64,000 nucleotides of DNA from an uncultured Candidatus Rokubacteria bacterium (GCA_963708025.1 CAVPSB010000014.1:384001-448000); one strand, 5' to 3'; counted from the stretch's first letter, positions 9,285 to 20,811 are shown. The notes: a model not told the origin generated them from the letters alone. A program made the numbers and translations.

Positions 9285-12200
9285 TCATGGGCGAGACAGT
9301 TCGTCCAGGAGTGCCCGGGCTTCTCTCAAGTCTTCGGCGTCGAACCCCTCGGTGAACCAGCTGTAGATCTCGGTCAGCCGGTCTCGAGCTTCTTCCGTCC
9401 TGCCCTGTCGCTGCAGCCATCGACCCAGACTCAGCGTCGCGCGCAGCTCCAGCAACTTCGCCCCCTGGCGCCGCGCGATCTCGACGGCCCGGTGAAAGGC
9501 ATCTCCGGCATCGCCCTGAGGGTCCTCCGACAGAGCCAGCCGGAGCTCTCCCTGGAGCCGATGCAGCTCCGCCTCGTAGTAGCGCTGGCCCGTGCGGTCC
9601 ACCTCCGTCAGCGCCCCGGCGAGGACATCCAGCCCTTCCCGGGCCTGGCCGAGCTCCAGATAACCTCGGGCCAGCGCCACGAGGCAGGCTGGCACGTCCA
9701 GCCCTGCCCCCATGGCGCGGTAGCCGGCCAGTCCATCGAGGAGTTGGGTCACGGCCGCCTCCACGCGGGCCCGCTCGCCGGATTGGATTGCCTCCTCCAC
9801 CAGCGCCGCACCCCGAAGCATTCGCGCCATTCCCAGCCAAAACAACAGGTCGTGTTCGGTCGCGACCGTGATGAGGGCGTCGGCTTGCTCCCGAGCCCGC
9901 TGGCCCTCCCGTTGGAGTAGGTAGGACACGATGACGTGAATCAGGGCGGCACCGACACTGTGTTGATGCGACAGCTCCCGAGCCATGGCCAGCAGCGCCT
10001 CGGCCCGCTCGAGCGCCCGACTGACGTAGCCGAGCAACGGCAACGTCCTGACCGCGTAGCCCAACGCCACGACCCCGGGGTCTTGCCCGTACACGAAGGC
10101 ATGCGCGCGGTGCTGTGGCGGGTCGTATAGCGCCAGGCTCTGTTCCGCATGGTCTTCGGCTGAGGCAAGCTCGCCTCGATAGAAGGCCGTGACCGCCAGG
10201 GCGCCGTGGGCTTCCACGCGAAACCCCCGGTCCTCCACGCTCTGGGCCAACCCGAGACACTGGACCGCCAGCTCGTGCGCCGTCTGCAGGTTGACCCCCA
10301 CGATGTAGAACACCCACAGTCCCCACATCACGGGGAACACGTGCGGCGTTTCACCGACCTGCCGACAGAGTTCCCGGGCGCGTGAGTAGACGGCGCCCAC
10401 TTCCGAGGCCGAGTAGCCTTTGGTGGCGATCAGTGGCGCGCCGAGCGTGACCTGGAGGGTCAGTTCCTGCTGGGCGCGCTCGGGCGTGTCGGGCAGCGTC
10501 TCGAGGAGCTCCAGACCCTTGGTGAGGTGGGCGATCGCCTCCAGGTTAGCCGAGCGCTCGACGGCGCGCTGCCCCGCCCGCTGCCAGTAGGGGATGGCCT
10601 GCTCCTTCAGGCCGGCCTCGGTGTAGTGATGCGCCAGGAGCTCGGGCTGCGTCTCCGCGGTCTCGGGGAAGCGTTCTGCGAGCGCCCGCGCGATCTGCGG
10701 GTGGTACTGCTGGCGCGTACTCTTGAGGAGCGACTGGTAGGCCGCGTCCTGGATCAGCGCGTGCTTGAAGACGTAGCGTGCGTGCGGCGGCGCGCCCCGC
10801 TGGGAGACCAGCTCGGCCTCGACGAGCCGGGCGAGCGCCCCCTGGAGGGTCGGCTCGTCCAGCGGCGAGACGGCGTGGAGCAGCTCATAGGAGAACTCGC
10901 GCCCGATGGTGGCGCCGAGCTGGGCGACCTCCTTGAGATTGGCCAGGCGATCGAGTCGGGCCATGAGGGAGTCCTGCAGGGTGGTGGGAATCGCCAGGGC
11001 CGACATGGGGCCGGCGAGCTCATAGTGGCCATTCGTCGGTCGGAGCGCCCCGGACTCGAGCAGCATCTTGGTCAATTCCTCGACGAAGAGGGGAATGCCA
11101 TCCGTCTTGAGCACGATCTGGCGGAGGATCTCGGTCGGCAAGGCCTTGTCGCCGGCGACTCGCCGGACCATGGCCTCCACCGCGGGGCGGTCGAGGCGGG
11201 CGAGTGGGAGAGACACGAGATGCGGGCGGGCCGCCCACGGCGGCGTGAAGTCGGGCCGGAACGTCAGCAGGGTCAAGAGGCCGGCCGGCGGCCGTTGGTC
11301 GATGAGCAGGGTGAGCAGCTCGAGGGTGGAGGGATCCGCCCAATGGAGGTCTTCGACGAGAAACAGCACCGGCTGCTGGATCGCCATCGCCTGGACCACG
11401 GCCAGGAGGGCGTCGAGCGTCTTCTGCCGCTGTCGTTGGGGCGGCAGGGCGACGGGGGCATACGGTGCGGCGAGCGGCACCGCAAGGAGGGACGCGAACA
11501 GCGGCACCACCGCCGGCAGGGCGACGCCGGATAGGCCCCCCAATCCCTCCTCCAGGCGGCGCAGCTTGTCGGCCGGGGCGTCCTCGCGGCGGAACTGGAG
11601 CCGGCGCTGGAGTGCGTCGATGACGGGATACAGGGCGCTGTTCCGGTAATACGGTGAGCAGCGCAACTCCAGCCAGGTATGGGGCGTGTCGGCCACCTGC
11701 TCTTTGAGGACCTGCACGAGCCGCGACTTGCCGATGCCCGCCTCCCCGCTCAGGAGCACCACCCGGCCCCGGCCGGCCCGGGTCTCGGTCCACCACTCCC
11801 GGAGCCGCCCGATCTCGTGCGCGCGGCCGAGCAGGGCGGTGAGCCCGGCGGGCGTGACGACATCGAGGCGGCCCCGGGCACCGGTTTCGTGGAGCACCCG
11901 ATAGAGCTCCATCGGCTGGGAGATGCCTCTCAGGGTGTGGGTGCCCAGCGGGTGACAGGCGAAGAACCCCTGCACCAGCCGGTATGTGGCGCGGCTGACC
12001 GCGATGGTATTCGGGGCGGCGAGGCTTTGCAGGCGGGCCGCGACGTTCGGGGTTTCGCCCACGGCGAGGGTCTCCCGCCATCCGCCGGCGCCCATCTCAC
12101 CGGCGACCACCAGGCCGGTGTGGATGCCCAGGCGGACCGCGAGGGCGACGCCCCGTTCCCGTTCGAGGCGCGCGGTGAGCCGCGCCATGTCCTCGACGAT

Positions 12201-12669
12201 CGTCAGTCCGGCCCGGACGGCCCGCTGCGCGTCGTCCTCGTGGGCCTCCGGATAGCCGAAGTACACCAGCACACCATCGCCGAGGTACTGGACGATGTGC
12301 CCGTCGAAGCGGCTGATGGCCGCCGCGCAGACGGCCTGGTACTCGCGCAGCAGCTCGCGCAGGTCCTCCGGGTCGAACTGCTCGGAGAGGGCCGTGGCGC
12401 CCACCAGATCGCAGAACATGACCGTGAGCTGGCGACGCTCCGCCTCGGCCGCGCTTCGCCCCGTCGCGGGTGCCCCGGCCGGGGTGGCCGCGGGTGGGGA
12501 TGGGCCGGGAGGCGCACGTGACGAGGGGCGTGGCACAGTGTCCGCAGAAGTTGAATCGCGACGGGTTCTCGGTGCCGCAGCTCGGACAGCGGACGAGGAG
12601 CGGAGCGGTGCACTCGCGACAGAGACTCAGCCCCTCGGGAGTCTCAGATCCACAGGCTGGGCAGCGCAT
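9285..12669 (-). CDS. double zinc ribbon + class III nucleotide cyclase + AAA/STAND ATPase + TPR protein, frameshift near 12510
   Basis: MRCPACG..CREC..CPSCG..CGHC; ERRQLTVMFCDLVG, YLGDG, GETPNVAARLQ; GEAGIGKS; VEDLHWAD. Confidence 0.9.
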
Positions 12670-13068
12670 TCGCCGCGCCTCCGGTGATCGGCGCCCTGTG
12701 AGCGAGGCCGCCAAGATGTCGGAATAGACGAGGTCCTGTCAAGAGGAACTCGTCCACAAGCCGGCGGCCGGCCTGGGGGCTGACGCGAGGAGGGGCCGGT
12801 GTCCCCGAGCGACGGCCAGCCGGCGAGATCCGCCCCGCATCCGCGGGTTTCGGCAGGCCCCGGGCCCCAGGTTTGTGCTCCACGGGTCATTGACCACCGT
12901 TGCGTACTCCACATGCAAGAGCCGACGGAACGGCGAAGCGGCCCAGGTTTCGATTTGCCCCCGCGCCGCCGACGGCCCTTCTGGGATCGCCAGAGGGCAG
13001 CCAGAGCCGGCCCGCGCTGGCTGCCCTCAACGAGACGCTCCGATTCTCGTCGTCGGTGCGTGGTATCC

Positions 13069-14194
13069 CTACGGGCAGACGGTGGTGCCTCGGCTCAGCA
13101 CGGTGCTGTCGCAGGTGATGGAGCCGATGGTGACGCCGTCGAAGGTGGCGCGGGTGCCGAACTTGAGATCCACGTCGAGAGTGTTCCCTGAGATGCTCGA
13201 GGGAGTCGCGGGCTCCGAGAGGATCGTCACCGTGCCCGCGCCGTCGGCCGAGAGCCCCACGTCGTTCCCGGTGACCGTCAGCTGCCCACCCTGGAACAGG
13301 ACGCCCGTGCCCTGCTCGACCTTGATCCCGACCCCATTGTTCGCGATGACGAACTTGGCGCCTCCTCAAAGGGAAGAGTCGTGACAAAGCCGCCACTGGA
13401 TAGGAGGAGTCCGAACTCGCCGTTGTTGGAGGCGGTGACCGTGGCGGCGGGGTAGACCGACAATTGCGACCCCTGGCGACGATGATCCCCGCGAAGCCGT
13501 TGCCGCTGGCGTTGAGCGTGCTGCCCGCCGATGCCGCGAACCCGAAGATGGCGAGCTGGCCACTCCCGACGACCACACCAGCGACCCCGTTGTCGCTCGC
13601 GTTCACGTTCGCGCCCCGGATCTCCACGACGGCCAGGCCGTTGATCGTGATCCCGGCGCCGTTCTGAGTGGCGGTGATGGCGCCCCGGAGGACGGCGCTG
13701 GAGCTCGTGAAGACGTCGAGGCCCCCGGCGTTCTGCTGGAGCGTCACGTCCGTGAGCTCGGCGGCCGAGTGATCCGCGACGGCGATCCCGGCGCCGTTCG
13801 GGTTGTTCTGAACAACGGTCTTCTCGACGAGGAAGGCCGCGCCGCGACGGCCGAGAATGCCCTCGCCGGGGCCGTTCTGGATGGTCAGGCCCACGAGCTT
13901 CACCCCCTGGACGCCGTCGATGGTGACCACCCCCGAGAACTCGATTGGGCTGCCGCCCCCACCGTCGATGACGGCGCTCCCCTGACCGTCGAGCGTGACG
14001 TCGTTCGTCTTGATCGTGATTCGCTCGTGGCAGACTCCCGTCACGCGGATCGTGTCGCCCGGGTCAGCCTGCTTCAATGCGTCCTTGATCGTCTTTCCCT
14101 TGTTGCAGTCGACCTTGATGACGTCTTTCGCCAGGGCGGGCCCGGCGACGAGCAGGGTGACGACGGCCGTGATCACAGCGCTGACTGTTCGCAT
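13069..14194 (-). CDS. secreted right-handed beta-helix protein, frameshifts near 13465 and 13370
   Basis: Signal peptide; VDCNKGKTIKDAL..GDTIRVTGVCHE; N/G-rich parallel beta-helix repeats continuing in ORFs 13278..13463 and 13069..13260. Confidence 0.7.
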
Positions 14195-14222
14195 GGTGGC
14201 TCCCTCCATCCTTCCTTCTGGG

Positions 14223-14375
14223 TTATCGAAGTGGCTTCGCCCCGGGTTCCTCCTCCGGCCGAGGCTCGTCGGGGCCGCGTTCGGTCATCCGGGCAATGAC
14301 GCCGGCGAGGGCCTCCAGTCCCCGAAGGCGCGCCTTCTCTCCCGTCCTGAGCCGCTCCACGACGATGAGGGTCCT
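14223..14375 (-). pseudogene. second, apparently truncated copy of the small VERxRTGEKAR protein
   Basis: VVERLRTGEKARLRGLEALAGVIARMT aligns with the protein at 14658..14864; N-terminus is not similar. Confidence 0.45.
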
Positions 14376-14657
14376 CCCCGCGCTCCGAGCAACGCGGGAA
14401 GGACTTTTGTCATGTCGCTCGACCGAGACGACCTTCGTCCATCCCACTCGAGACCGCAGATCCTCGAGTACCATGACGACGTCCCTCCATCGCGACGACA
14501 TAGGGGAGTTCACTGCGCACGCGCTTCCGGTCAGCACCGGGCTTCCCATTGGCCTTCTCCTGGGCCGTCCACCCCAAGCCCGCGCCGGCGGCAAAGTCGA
14601 GGAACTCCTGCAGGTTCGTCGGCTCTGCCGTCTTCTGCCGGGGCCCCCCTATCAAAG

Positions 14658-14864
14658 TCACTGAGCTGCTTGGCCCACCGATCCTTGTGTCCCCGGCGGG
14701 CCCTCGCCCGCGACCATGCGCGCGATGACCTCGCCGATCCCCTCGGCCGTCTCGAACCGTGCCTTCTCACCCGTGCGCACCCGCTCGACGATGCCGGCCA
14801 GCTGACCGGAATCGTCGGGAAACACCCGCACCACGAACGTGGCGTAGGCGGAGCCTGGCTCCAT
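14658..14864 (-). CDS. small hypothetical protein (68 aa) divergent from the SARP regulator
   Basis: MEPGSAYATFVVRVFPDDSGQLAGIVERVRTGEKARFETAEGIGEVIARMV; protein-like composition and a paralog next door. Confidence 0.65.
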   Translation of the reverse strand: MEPGSAYATFVVRVFPDDSGQLAGIVERVRTGEKARFETAEGIGEVIARMVAGEGPPGTQGSVGQAAQ

Positions 14865-15006
14865 CGATCCGTCCTGGCGTACGGTACCCGAGCGCGGCAT
14901 CAAGACTTCGTCAAGAGGACCATCAAAACGCGCGTCAACCGGCGCCGGTGGCGCCTCAGACCACGCCGTGCTATCGTGGCGCACGCTGTTTCCCGCGGAG
15001 GGCCGC

Positions 15007-18000
15007 GTGCCCCGATTGGTCCTCACGCTGCTCGGTGGCTTCGAAGCTCGACTGGCTGATGGGCCGGTTCTGACCTTTCCCACCCGGAAGGTCGAAGGGC
15101 TCCTGGCGTACCTCGCCCTGCCCCCGGGCCAGGCACATCCGCGTGACAAGCTGGCCGCGCTCCTGTGGGGCGAGGCCCCCCAGGTCCAGGCCCGGGCCAG
15201 CCTGCGCCAGGCCCTGTTCACCCTCCGGCGAGCCCTGGCCGCGTCCGAGCCGGCCCCACTCTGCTTGGACGGGCCGGCGGTCGCGCTGGACCTGGCCGCG
15301 GTCGAGGTGGACGTCGCGACCTTCGAGGCGCGGTCGAGCGAAGGCACGCCGGTGGGCCTGGAAGCGGCGGCCCGGCTCTACCGGGGCGACCTGCTCGCCG
15401 GGCTCGACGTCGGCGAGGCGCCGTTCGAGGAGTGGCTCCTGGCGGAGCGCGAGCGCGTGCGTGAGCTGGCACTGGAGGCGCTCGCGAAGCTCCTCAGCCA
15501 TCAGCGACGGGTGGGCGCCCTCGAGGCGGCCGTCCAGACCGGGCTCCGGCTCGTGGCGCTCGAGCCGCTCCAGGAGGCCGTGCACCGGACGCTGATGCGG
15601 CTGTACGCCGAGCTGGGGCGACGTGGCGCGGCGCTCCGGCAGTACCAGGCGTGCGTCGCGGCGCTCCAGCGGGAGCTGAGGGTGGAGCCGGAGGCGGAGA
15701 CCGAGGCGCTCCACCGGGAGATCCTCCACCGCCGCCCGGGTGCGGCTGCGGATGTCGCGACCGACCCGGCACCGGCTCCGGTATCGCTCCCGACCGGCGA
15801 CACCCCTCTGGTGGGCCGTCAGCTCGAGCGCGCGCGACTCGACGAGGCGCTGTCGGCCGCCTGGCAGGGTTCGGGGCAGGTGGTCGTGATCCGCGGAGAG
15901 GCGGGCATCGGGAAGACACGCCTCGTGACCCAGCTCCACGCGAGGGCCCTGGAGAAAGGCGCTCGTGTCCTGCTGGGCCGCGCGTACGAGACCGAGCAGA
16001 CGCTCCCGTTCGGGCCCTGGCTCGGCGCGCTGCGGGGCGCCGGCGTGGCGCGCGACGCGGCGCTCCTGGACACGGTCGGCCGGGTGTGGCGGGCGCAGCT
16101 GGCCCGTCTGCTTCCGGAGGTGGGCCCGGCGCCGCCGCCGGCCGCCACCGGGGCCGACACCCTGCACCTGTTCGAGTGCGTGGCGCGCCTGATCGCGGCC
16201 CTGGCCGCCCGACAGCCGCTGCTCCTGGTGCTGGAAGACCTTCACTGGGCGGACGACACGAGCCTCCGGCTGCTGGCGTTCGTCGCGCGGCGAGTGCCGG
16301 CGCGCGCCGTCCTCCTCGTGGCGACCGCGCGAGAGGAGGAGCCGGAGACGCCGGCCCTCGCGACGACGCTCCACGCGCTCGCGCGCGACGCCGCCCCGAT
16401 GACGCTCCGGCTCGGGCCGCTCTCACGCGAGGACACGCTCGAGCTGGTCGGGGCGTTGGCCGCCTCCGGGGTGCCGGCGTCCCCCGATCTCGGCGAGCGG
16501 GTCTGGGCCACCGCCACCGGGCACCCGCTGATGATCGTGGAGACGATGCGCGCGCTGGCGACGGGCGGCTGGCAGGCGGGCGCGCCCGGGCTGGCGCTGC
16601 CGGAGCGCGTGCGCGAGCTCATCGGGCGCCGCCTGAGCCGGCTCGGGGAGCAGGCCCGGCGTTTGGCCGCCGTCGCCGCCGTGATCGCCCGCGAGTTCGA
16701 CCCGGCACTCCTCCAGCGGGCTGCCGGAGTCGGCGCGCAGGAGGCTGCCGACGCGGTGGACGAGCTGCTCCGGCATCGCGTGCTCCACACGGCCGCTGAG
16801 CGACTCTCCTTTACCCACGACCGCATCCGCGACGTGGCGTTCGAGCAGCTCTCGCCGCCGCGCCGCCGCCTTCTCCATCGTCAGGTGGCCGAGGCCATCG
16901 AGGCGCGGTACGGGCCGCACCTCGAGCCGCACGCCCCCGCGCTCGGGCTCCACTACCGAGAAGCCGAGGCGTGGGAAGAAGCGGTCAGGTATCTCAGGCA
17001 GGCGGGCGGCGCGGCCGCGGCCCGGTCGGCGTATCGCGAGGCGATGACCTGCTTCGACCAGGCCCTGGCCGGCCTGGTCCACCTCTGCGAGAGACCGGAC
17101 ACCTCGGCGACGGCCATCGACCTCCGGCTCGATGCCAGCGCGGCGCTTCTGGCCCTGGGTGAGCTGACGCGGCTGGTTGAGACCCTGACGGTCGCCGAAG
17201 CGGACGCGCGAGGGATCGGGGACAAGGGACGTCTCGGGCGCGCGTGGTCTTGCCTGAGTCAGTACCACCGGCTGATCGGGGACCCCGAGCGCGCCATCGA
17301 CTTCGGGCGTCGCGCGCTCGGGGTGGCCGGGGCCGTGGGCGACCGCGCGCTCGAGGTGACCACGAACTACCGCCTCGGCCAGGCCTACCGGTCGCGCGGT
17401 GAGTACCGGCAGGCGGTGACCGTCCTCACGCGCAACGTCGTGCTGCTGGACGGCGAGCGGCCGGCCCCGGGGACGCCGTCGCGCCCCCTCGACGAGGCCG
17501 TGCTCTCCCGGTTCCAGTTGGCGATTGCTCGCGCCGAGCTGGGAGAGATGAGCCAGGCGGTGGCCGACGGCGAAGAGGCGCTTCGCCTCGCGGAGGCGAC
17601 CGAGCGGCCGGACCTGATCTCTGCGGCCCGGAACGGCCTGGGCTGCGCCCTCCTGGACAAGGGCGAGCTGGATTCGGCGATCGCGGCGCTCGAGGACGCA
17701 TGCCGTCTGGCGCGGCAATGGGAGCTGGGCGTCCTCCTCTACTGGAGCCAGGCGCCCCTGGCCCAGGCCTACGCCCTGGCCGGCCGCGTCGCCGAAGCGG
17801 TCCCCTTGCAGGAGAGCACCGTGGCTCAGGCGGAGTTCCTCCGGCACAGCCAGTCCCGGCGGGTCACCATGCTCGGGGAGGCGTACTTGCTGGCCGGTTC
17901 CCTCGTCCCGGCCCTCGACGCCGCCCGACGCGCGCTCGAGCTCGCCCGCCAGTACGGCGAGCGGGGACAGGAGGCGTGGGCGCTGCGTCTTCTCGGCGAG

Positions 18001-18243
18001 ATCGCCACGGAGAGCGCCCCGCCGGACTGCGAATCAGAGGGGTGGTATCGCCAGGCCCTGGCCCTCGCCGACGATTGCGGGATGCGGCCGCTCATTGCGC
18101 GGTGTCACCTGGGACTCGGTCAGCTCTTCCAGCGCGTGGGCGCGCGCTCGGAAGCCAAGGGGCACCTTGGGGTTGCGGCCACGATGTTCCGCGAGATGGA
18201 CATGCGCTTCTGGCTGGCGCGCGCGGAGGCCGCCGGCGGCTAG
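15007..18243 (+). CDS. SARP/BTAD transcriptional activator with AAA/STAND ATPase and TPRs
   Basis: LTLLGGFEAR, LAYLAL, ASLRQALFTLR, LYRGDLL, FEEWL, GEAGIGKT, LEDLHWAD; GGAGG SD before GTG. Confidence 0.9.
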   Translation: MPRLVLTLLGGFEARLADGPVLTFPTRKVEGLLAYLALPPGQAHPRDKLAALLWGEAPQVQARASLRQALFTLRRALAASEPAPLCLDGPAVALDLAAVEVDVATFEARSSEGTPVGLEAAARLYRGDLLAGLDVGEAPFEEWLLAERERVRELALEALAKLLSHQRRVGALEAAVQTGLRLVALEPLQEAVHRTLMRLYAELGRRGAALRQYQACVAALQRELRVEPEAETEALHREILHRRPGAAADVATDPAPAPVSLPTGDTPLVGRQLERARLDEALSAAWQGSGQVVVIRGEAGIGKTRLVTQLHARALEKGARVLLGRAYETEQTLPFGPWLGALRGAGVARDAALLDTVGRVWRAQLARLLPEVGPAPPPAATGADTLHLFECVARLIAALAARQPLLLVLEDLHWADDTSLRLLAFVARRVPARAVLLVATAREEEPETPALATTLHALARDAAPMTLRLGPLSREDTLELVGALAASGVPASPDLGERVWATATGHPLMIVETMRALATGGWQAGAPGLALPERVRELIGRRLSRLGEQARRLAAVAAVIAREFDPALLQRAAGVGAQEAADAVDELLRHRVLHTAAERLSFTHDRIRDVAFEQLSPPRRRLLHRQVAEAIEARYGPHLEPHAPALGLHYREAEAWEEAVRYLRQAGGAAAARSAYREAMTCFDQALAGLVHLCERPDTSATAIDLRLDASAALLALGELTRLVETLTVAEADARGIGDKGRLGRAWSCLSQYHRLIGDPERAIDFGRRALGVAGAVGDRALEVTTNYRLGQAYRSRGEYRQAVTVLTRNVVLLDGERPAPGTPSRPLDEAVLSRFQLAIARAELGEMSQAVADGEEALRLAEATERPDLISAARNGLGCALLDKGELDSAIAALEDACRLARQWELGVLLYWSQAPLAQAYALAGRVAEAVPLQESTVAQAEFLRHSQSRRVTMLGEAYLLAGSLVPALDAARRALELARQYGERGQEAWALRLLGEIATESAPPDCESEGWYRQALALADDCGMRPLIARCHLGLGQLFQRVGARSEAKGHLGVAATMFREMDMRFWLARAEAAGG

Positions 18244-18277
18244 CAGGCCTACGGACCGAACGCCCGGCGGTGGATCA

Positions 18278-18715
18278 ATGCTCGAGGACGCCGTGCGCCG
18301 CGAGGCGGCGCGTGAGTTCCCGCCGCACTACGGGCGCCGTGTCCGCCAGCTCGGCGAGGTCTACCTCCGGGCAGGGCGCCGTGCCGAAGCGCTCGACCGT
18401 GCGCGCCGGGCCGATCTCGATCGCGTCGAGAAGCTCGACGATCACACGGTCCGCGTGGTGTTTCGCGAGCCCACCCCGTTCTGGGCCGGCGTCTTCTGCG
18501 GGAGTCGGGGCATGCTCGTCCGGGTCGAAGCTGGATTCGGCGAGGCGGGCCGCGCTCATCATCCGGCTGAACGACCTGATCGTCCAGAACGTCGTCCTGA
18601 TCCCGGTCGTCAGCGCGACGGGTGGACGGCGTGAGGCACGGGCTCGACGTGGGTGAGCGCACCCCGTGGGACTCGGCCTCGGCGAATCCTGGCCTTCTGG
18701 AATCGCCGGCCCGCG
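18278..18715 (+). pseudogene. chimeric remnant: STAND-TPR fragment joined to an internally deleted peptide ABC substrate-binding protein
   Basis: RRVRQLGEVYLRAGRRAEALDRARRA, then RVEKLDDHTVRVVFREPTPFW, then LDSARRAALIIRLNDLIVQNVVLIPVV..TPWDS. Confidence 0.6.
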
Positions 18716-18834
18716 TGAGACCGAGGCCCAGACCGGCGTGGCGCGTGCTATCCTGCGCCCGGGCCTCTGCCAGTCCGGTGGAGCGGGGGTGGCCGGGCCC
18801 CGGACTGGAGCCCACGTGAGAAAGACACGTGGTC

Positions 18835-19242
18835 CTACGCCGGAATCGCCGTGATGCCGTGGACCCCCCGGAAGTCGTTGTCGAATGTGGCCACGATTCC
18901 GCCTGCCGACGTCCGCGCCACGGTCACGATGGCCGCATCCGTGAAGCTCAGGGCGCCAGTCCTCTGCGTGCGAAACGTCTCCAGCGCCGCCAGGAAGATG
19001 TCTGAGCACGGCACGAACTCGACCTCCCGGGCGTGAAGCAGGACGCTGCTGACCTTCGAGGCGACATCCAGCCCTCGGCGCGCCAATAGAACCGTCAAGA
19101 CCTCGAGAAACACGTACTCGAGGAGCAACGCCTGCCCCCACGCGCCGGCGGCAAGCCGGTCCATGACGTCAGCAGCCGCTGCATGGTGGATGTCGCGGCG
19201 GTTGTGGTAGGCGATCAGGAAGCTCGAATCCAGAACCACCAT
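18835..19242 (-). CDS. PIN-domain (VapC) toxin
   Basis: VVLDSSFLIA, VFLE, LSFTDA, ATFDNDF. Confidence 0.9.
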   Translation of the reverse strand: MVVLDSSFLIAYHNRRDIHHAAAADVMDRLAAGAWGQALLLEYVFLEVLTVLLARRGLDVASKVSSVLLHAREVEFVPCSDIFLAALETFRTQRTGALSFTDAAIVTVARTSAGGIVATFDNDFRGVHGITAIPA

Positions 19243-19265
19243 GGCCGGGTTGGGGCCTGGTTGGC

Positions 19266-19499
19266 TCAGGCCCCATAGAGGATCCGGTCGATCTCCTCAC
19301 TGAGGCGCTCGCTACCCTCCGGATAGTCCTCCGGGGCGAGCTCCCTCAACGTGCCAAGCCGGGTCGCCTCGCCGGGACGACCCAGGTAACTGCGAATCGC
19401 CTCGCTCAGGGCCTGACCGAGCGTCTTGCCCGAAAGCGCGGCGCGCGCCTTGAGCTGCCGGAAGGCCGCCTCATCGATGTTGCGAATCGTCGTGTCCAT
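19266..19499 (-). CDS. ribbon-helix-helix (FitA/VapB-like) antitoxin
   Basis: MDTTIRNIDEAAFRQLKARAALSGKTLGQALSEAI..LSEEIDRILYG, upstream of the PIN gene. Confidence 0.85.
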   Translation of the reverse strand: MDTTIRNIDEAAFRQLKARAALSGKTLGQALSEAIRSYLGRPGEATRLGTLRELAPEDYPEGSERLSEEIDRILYGA

Positions 19500-19526
19500 A
19501 CGGTGCATTGTAACACAACGGTGCGC
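19500..19526 (-). promoter_or_regulatory. extended -10 promoter (TGnTACAAT) with GCACCGT direct repeats
   Basis: TGTTACAAT ends 7 nt before the antitoxin ATG; two GCACCGT copies flank it. Confidence 0.6.
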
Positions 19527-19742
19527 ACACCTATTTTCGCGCACGACGCCGCAGGGGCCTCGCAAGAAGCTTGGGCGGTCGTGATCGGACGCAGGCCGCG
19601 GCCCATCTCGGCCTCGCGGCCGACGAGGGCGCTGCGTCGACATCCCGCGCCCAGAGCGGCGAATCGACGGATCGGGACGTGTTGACACGGGTGGGCGTTG
19701 ACCACCGGGGGTCGTCGCGACGGACGGCGGATCAGGCCGCTG

Positions 19743-20811
19743 TCAGACCTCCACGGTCCAGCCGTGGGTGTCGGGCACCCGCGCGTACTGGATGTCGACG
19801 ATGGCGTCGTAGAGGCGCTGGGTCAGCTCGCCGATCTTCCCGCCGCTGACGACGATGCGCTCGTCCTTGTAGGACAGCTCGCCCACCGGCGAGATGACGG
19901 CCGCGGTGCCGGTGCCCCAGGCCTCGCGGAGCGTCCCGCCGTGGGCCGCCGCGATCACCTCGTCGATCGGGATCTGGCGCTCGGTCGCCTTGAGGCCCCA
20001 CTCGCGCAGCAGGGTCAGGACCGAGTCGCGCGTGACGCCGGGGAGGATCGTGCCGGCCAGCGGCGGGGTGATGACCTCGTCGCCGATCCGGAACATGATG
20101 TTCATCGTCCCGACCTCGTCGACGTACTTCCGGTTGATCGGGCGTCGAGCCAGAGGACCTGGGTGAAGCCGGCGTGGTGCGCTTCCTCGGCCGGATAGAG
20201 GCTGGCCGCGTAGTTCCCGCCGGTCTTGGCGGCGCCCATCCCGGGGGTGGCGCGGACGTACTGGTCCTCGACCCGGATCTTCACCGGGTTCATGCCCTCG
20301 GCGTAGTAGGCGCCGACCGGGGAGAGGATCACGTAGTAGATGTAGGACTTGGCCGGCCGCACGCCGAGGAACGGCTCGGAGGCGATGATCACGGGGCGGA
20401 CGTAGAGCGCGGTGCCGACGCTCGACGGCACCCAGGCCTGCTCGAGGCCGACCAGCGTCACCAGCGACTGGAGGGCGAACTCGCGGGTCGAGGGGCGGGA
20501 TGCAGAGCCGCCGGGCCGAGTTGTTCATCCGCTCGATGTGCTTCTGGGGCCGGAACAGCCGGACCTTTCCGTCCTGGCCGCGGAAGGCCTTGAGCCCGTC
20601 GAAGATGGCCTGGGCGTAGTGGAGGACGGCCGCGGCGGGATCGAGCGGGATCGGGCCGTACGGCTCGATGCGCGGGTCGTACCAGCCCTTCTCCTCCTGG
20701 AAGTCGGCCACGAACATGTGGTCGGTGAAGACGGTCCCGAACCCGAGCTCGTGTGTCCTTGGGCTTGGGCTTCCGGGCGGTGGCGCGGGTGATGCGGATG
20801 GGGTCGCTCAT
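19743..20811 (-). CDS. ilvE: branched-chain amino acid aminotransferase, about three frameshifts (near 20755, 20485, 20140)
   Basis: LGFG..FTDHMF, LHYAQAIFDGLKAF, LYVRP, AKTGGNYAASL, EVGTMN, ILPGVTRDS, GTGTAAVISP. Confidence 0.9.

Noticed and set aside
6728-19499. Prophage or integrative element explaining the accessory block
   Set aside because: No integrase, transposase, phage gene, tRNA target or flanking direct repeat recognised.
19743-20811. ilvE (and kynU, permease) as true pseudogenes or programmed frameshifts
   Set aside because: Motifs intact, no slippery heptamers noticed, and indels are scattered over many genes, so sequencing error is more likely.
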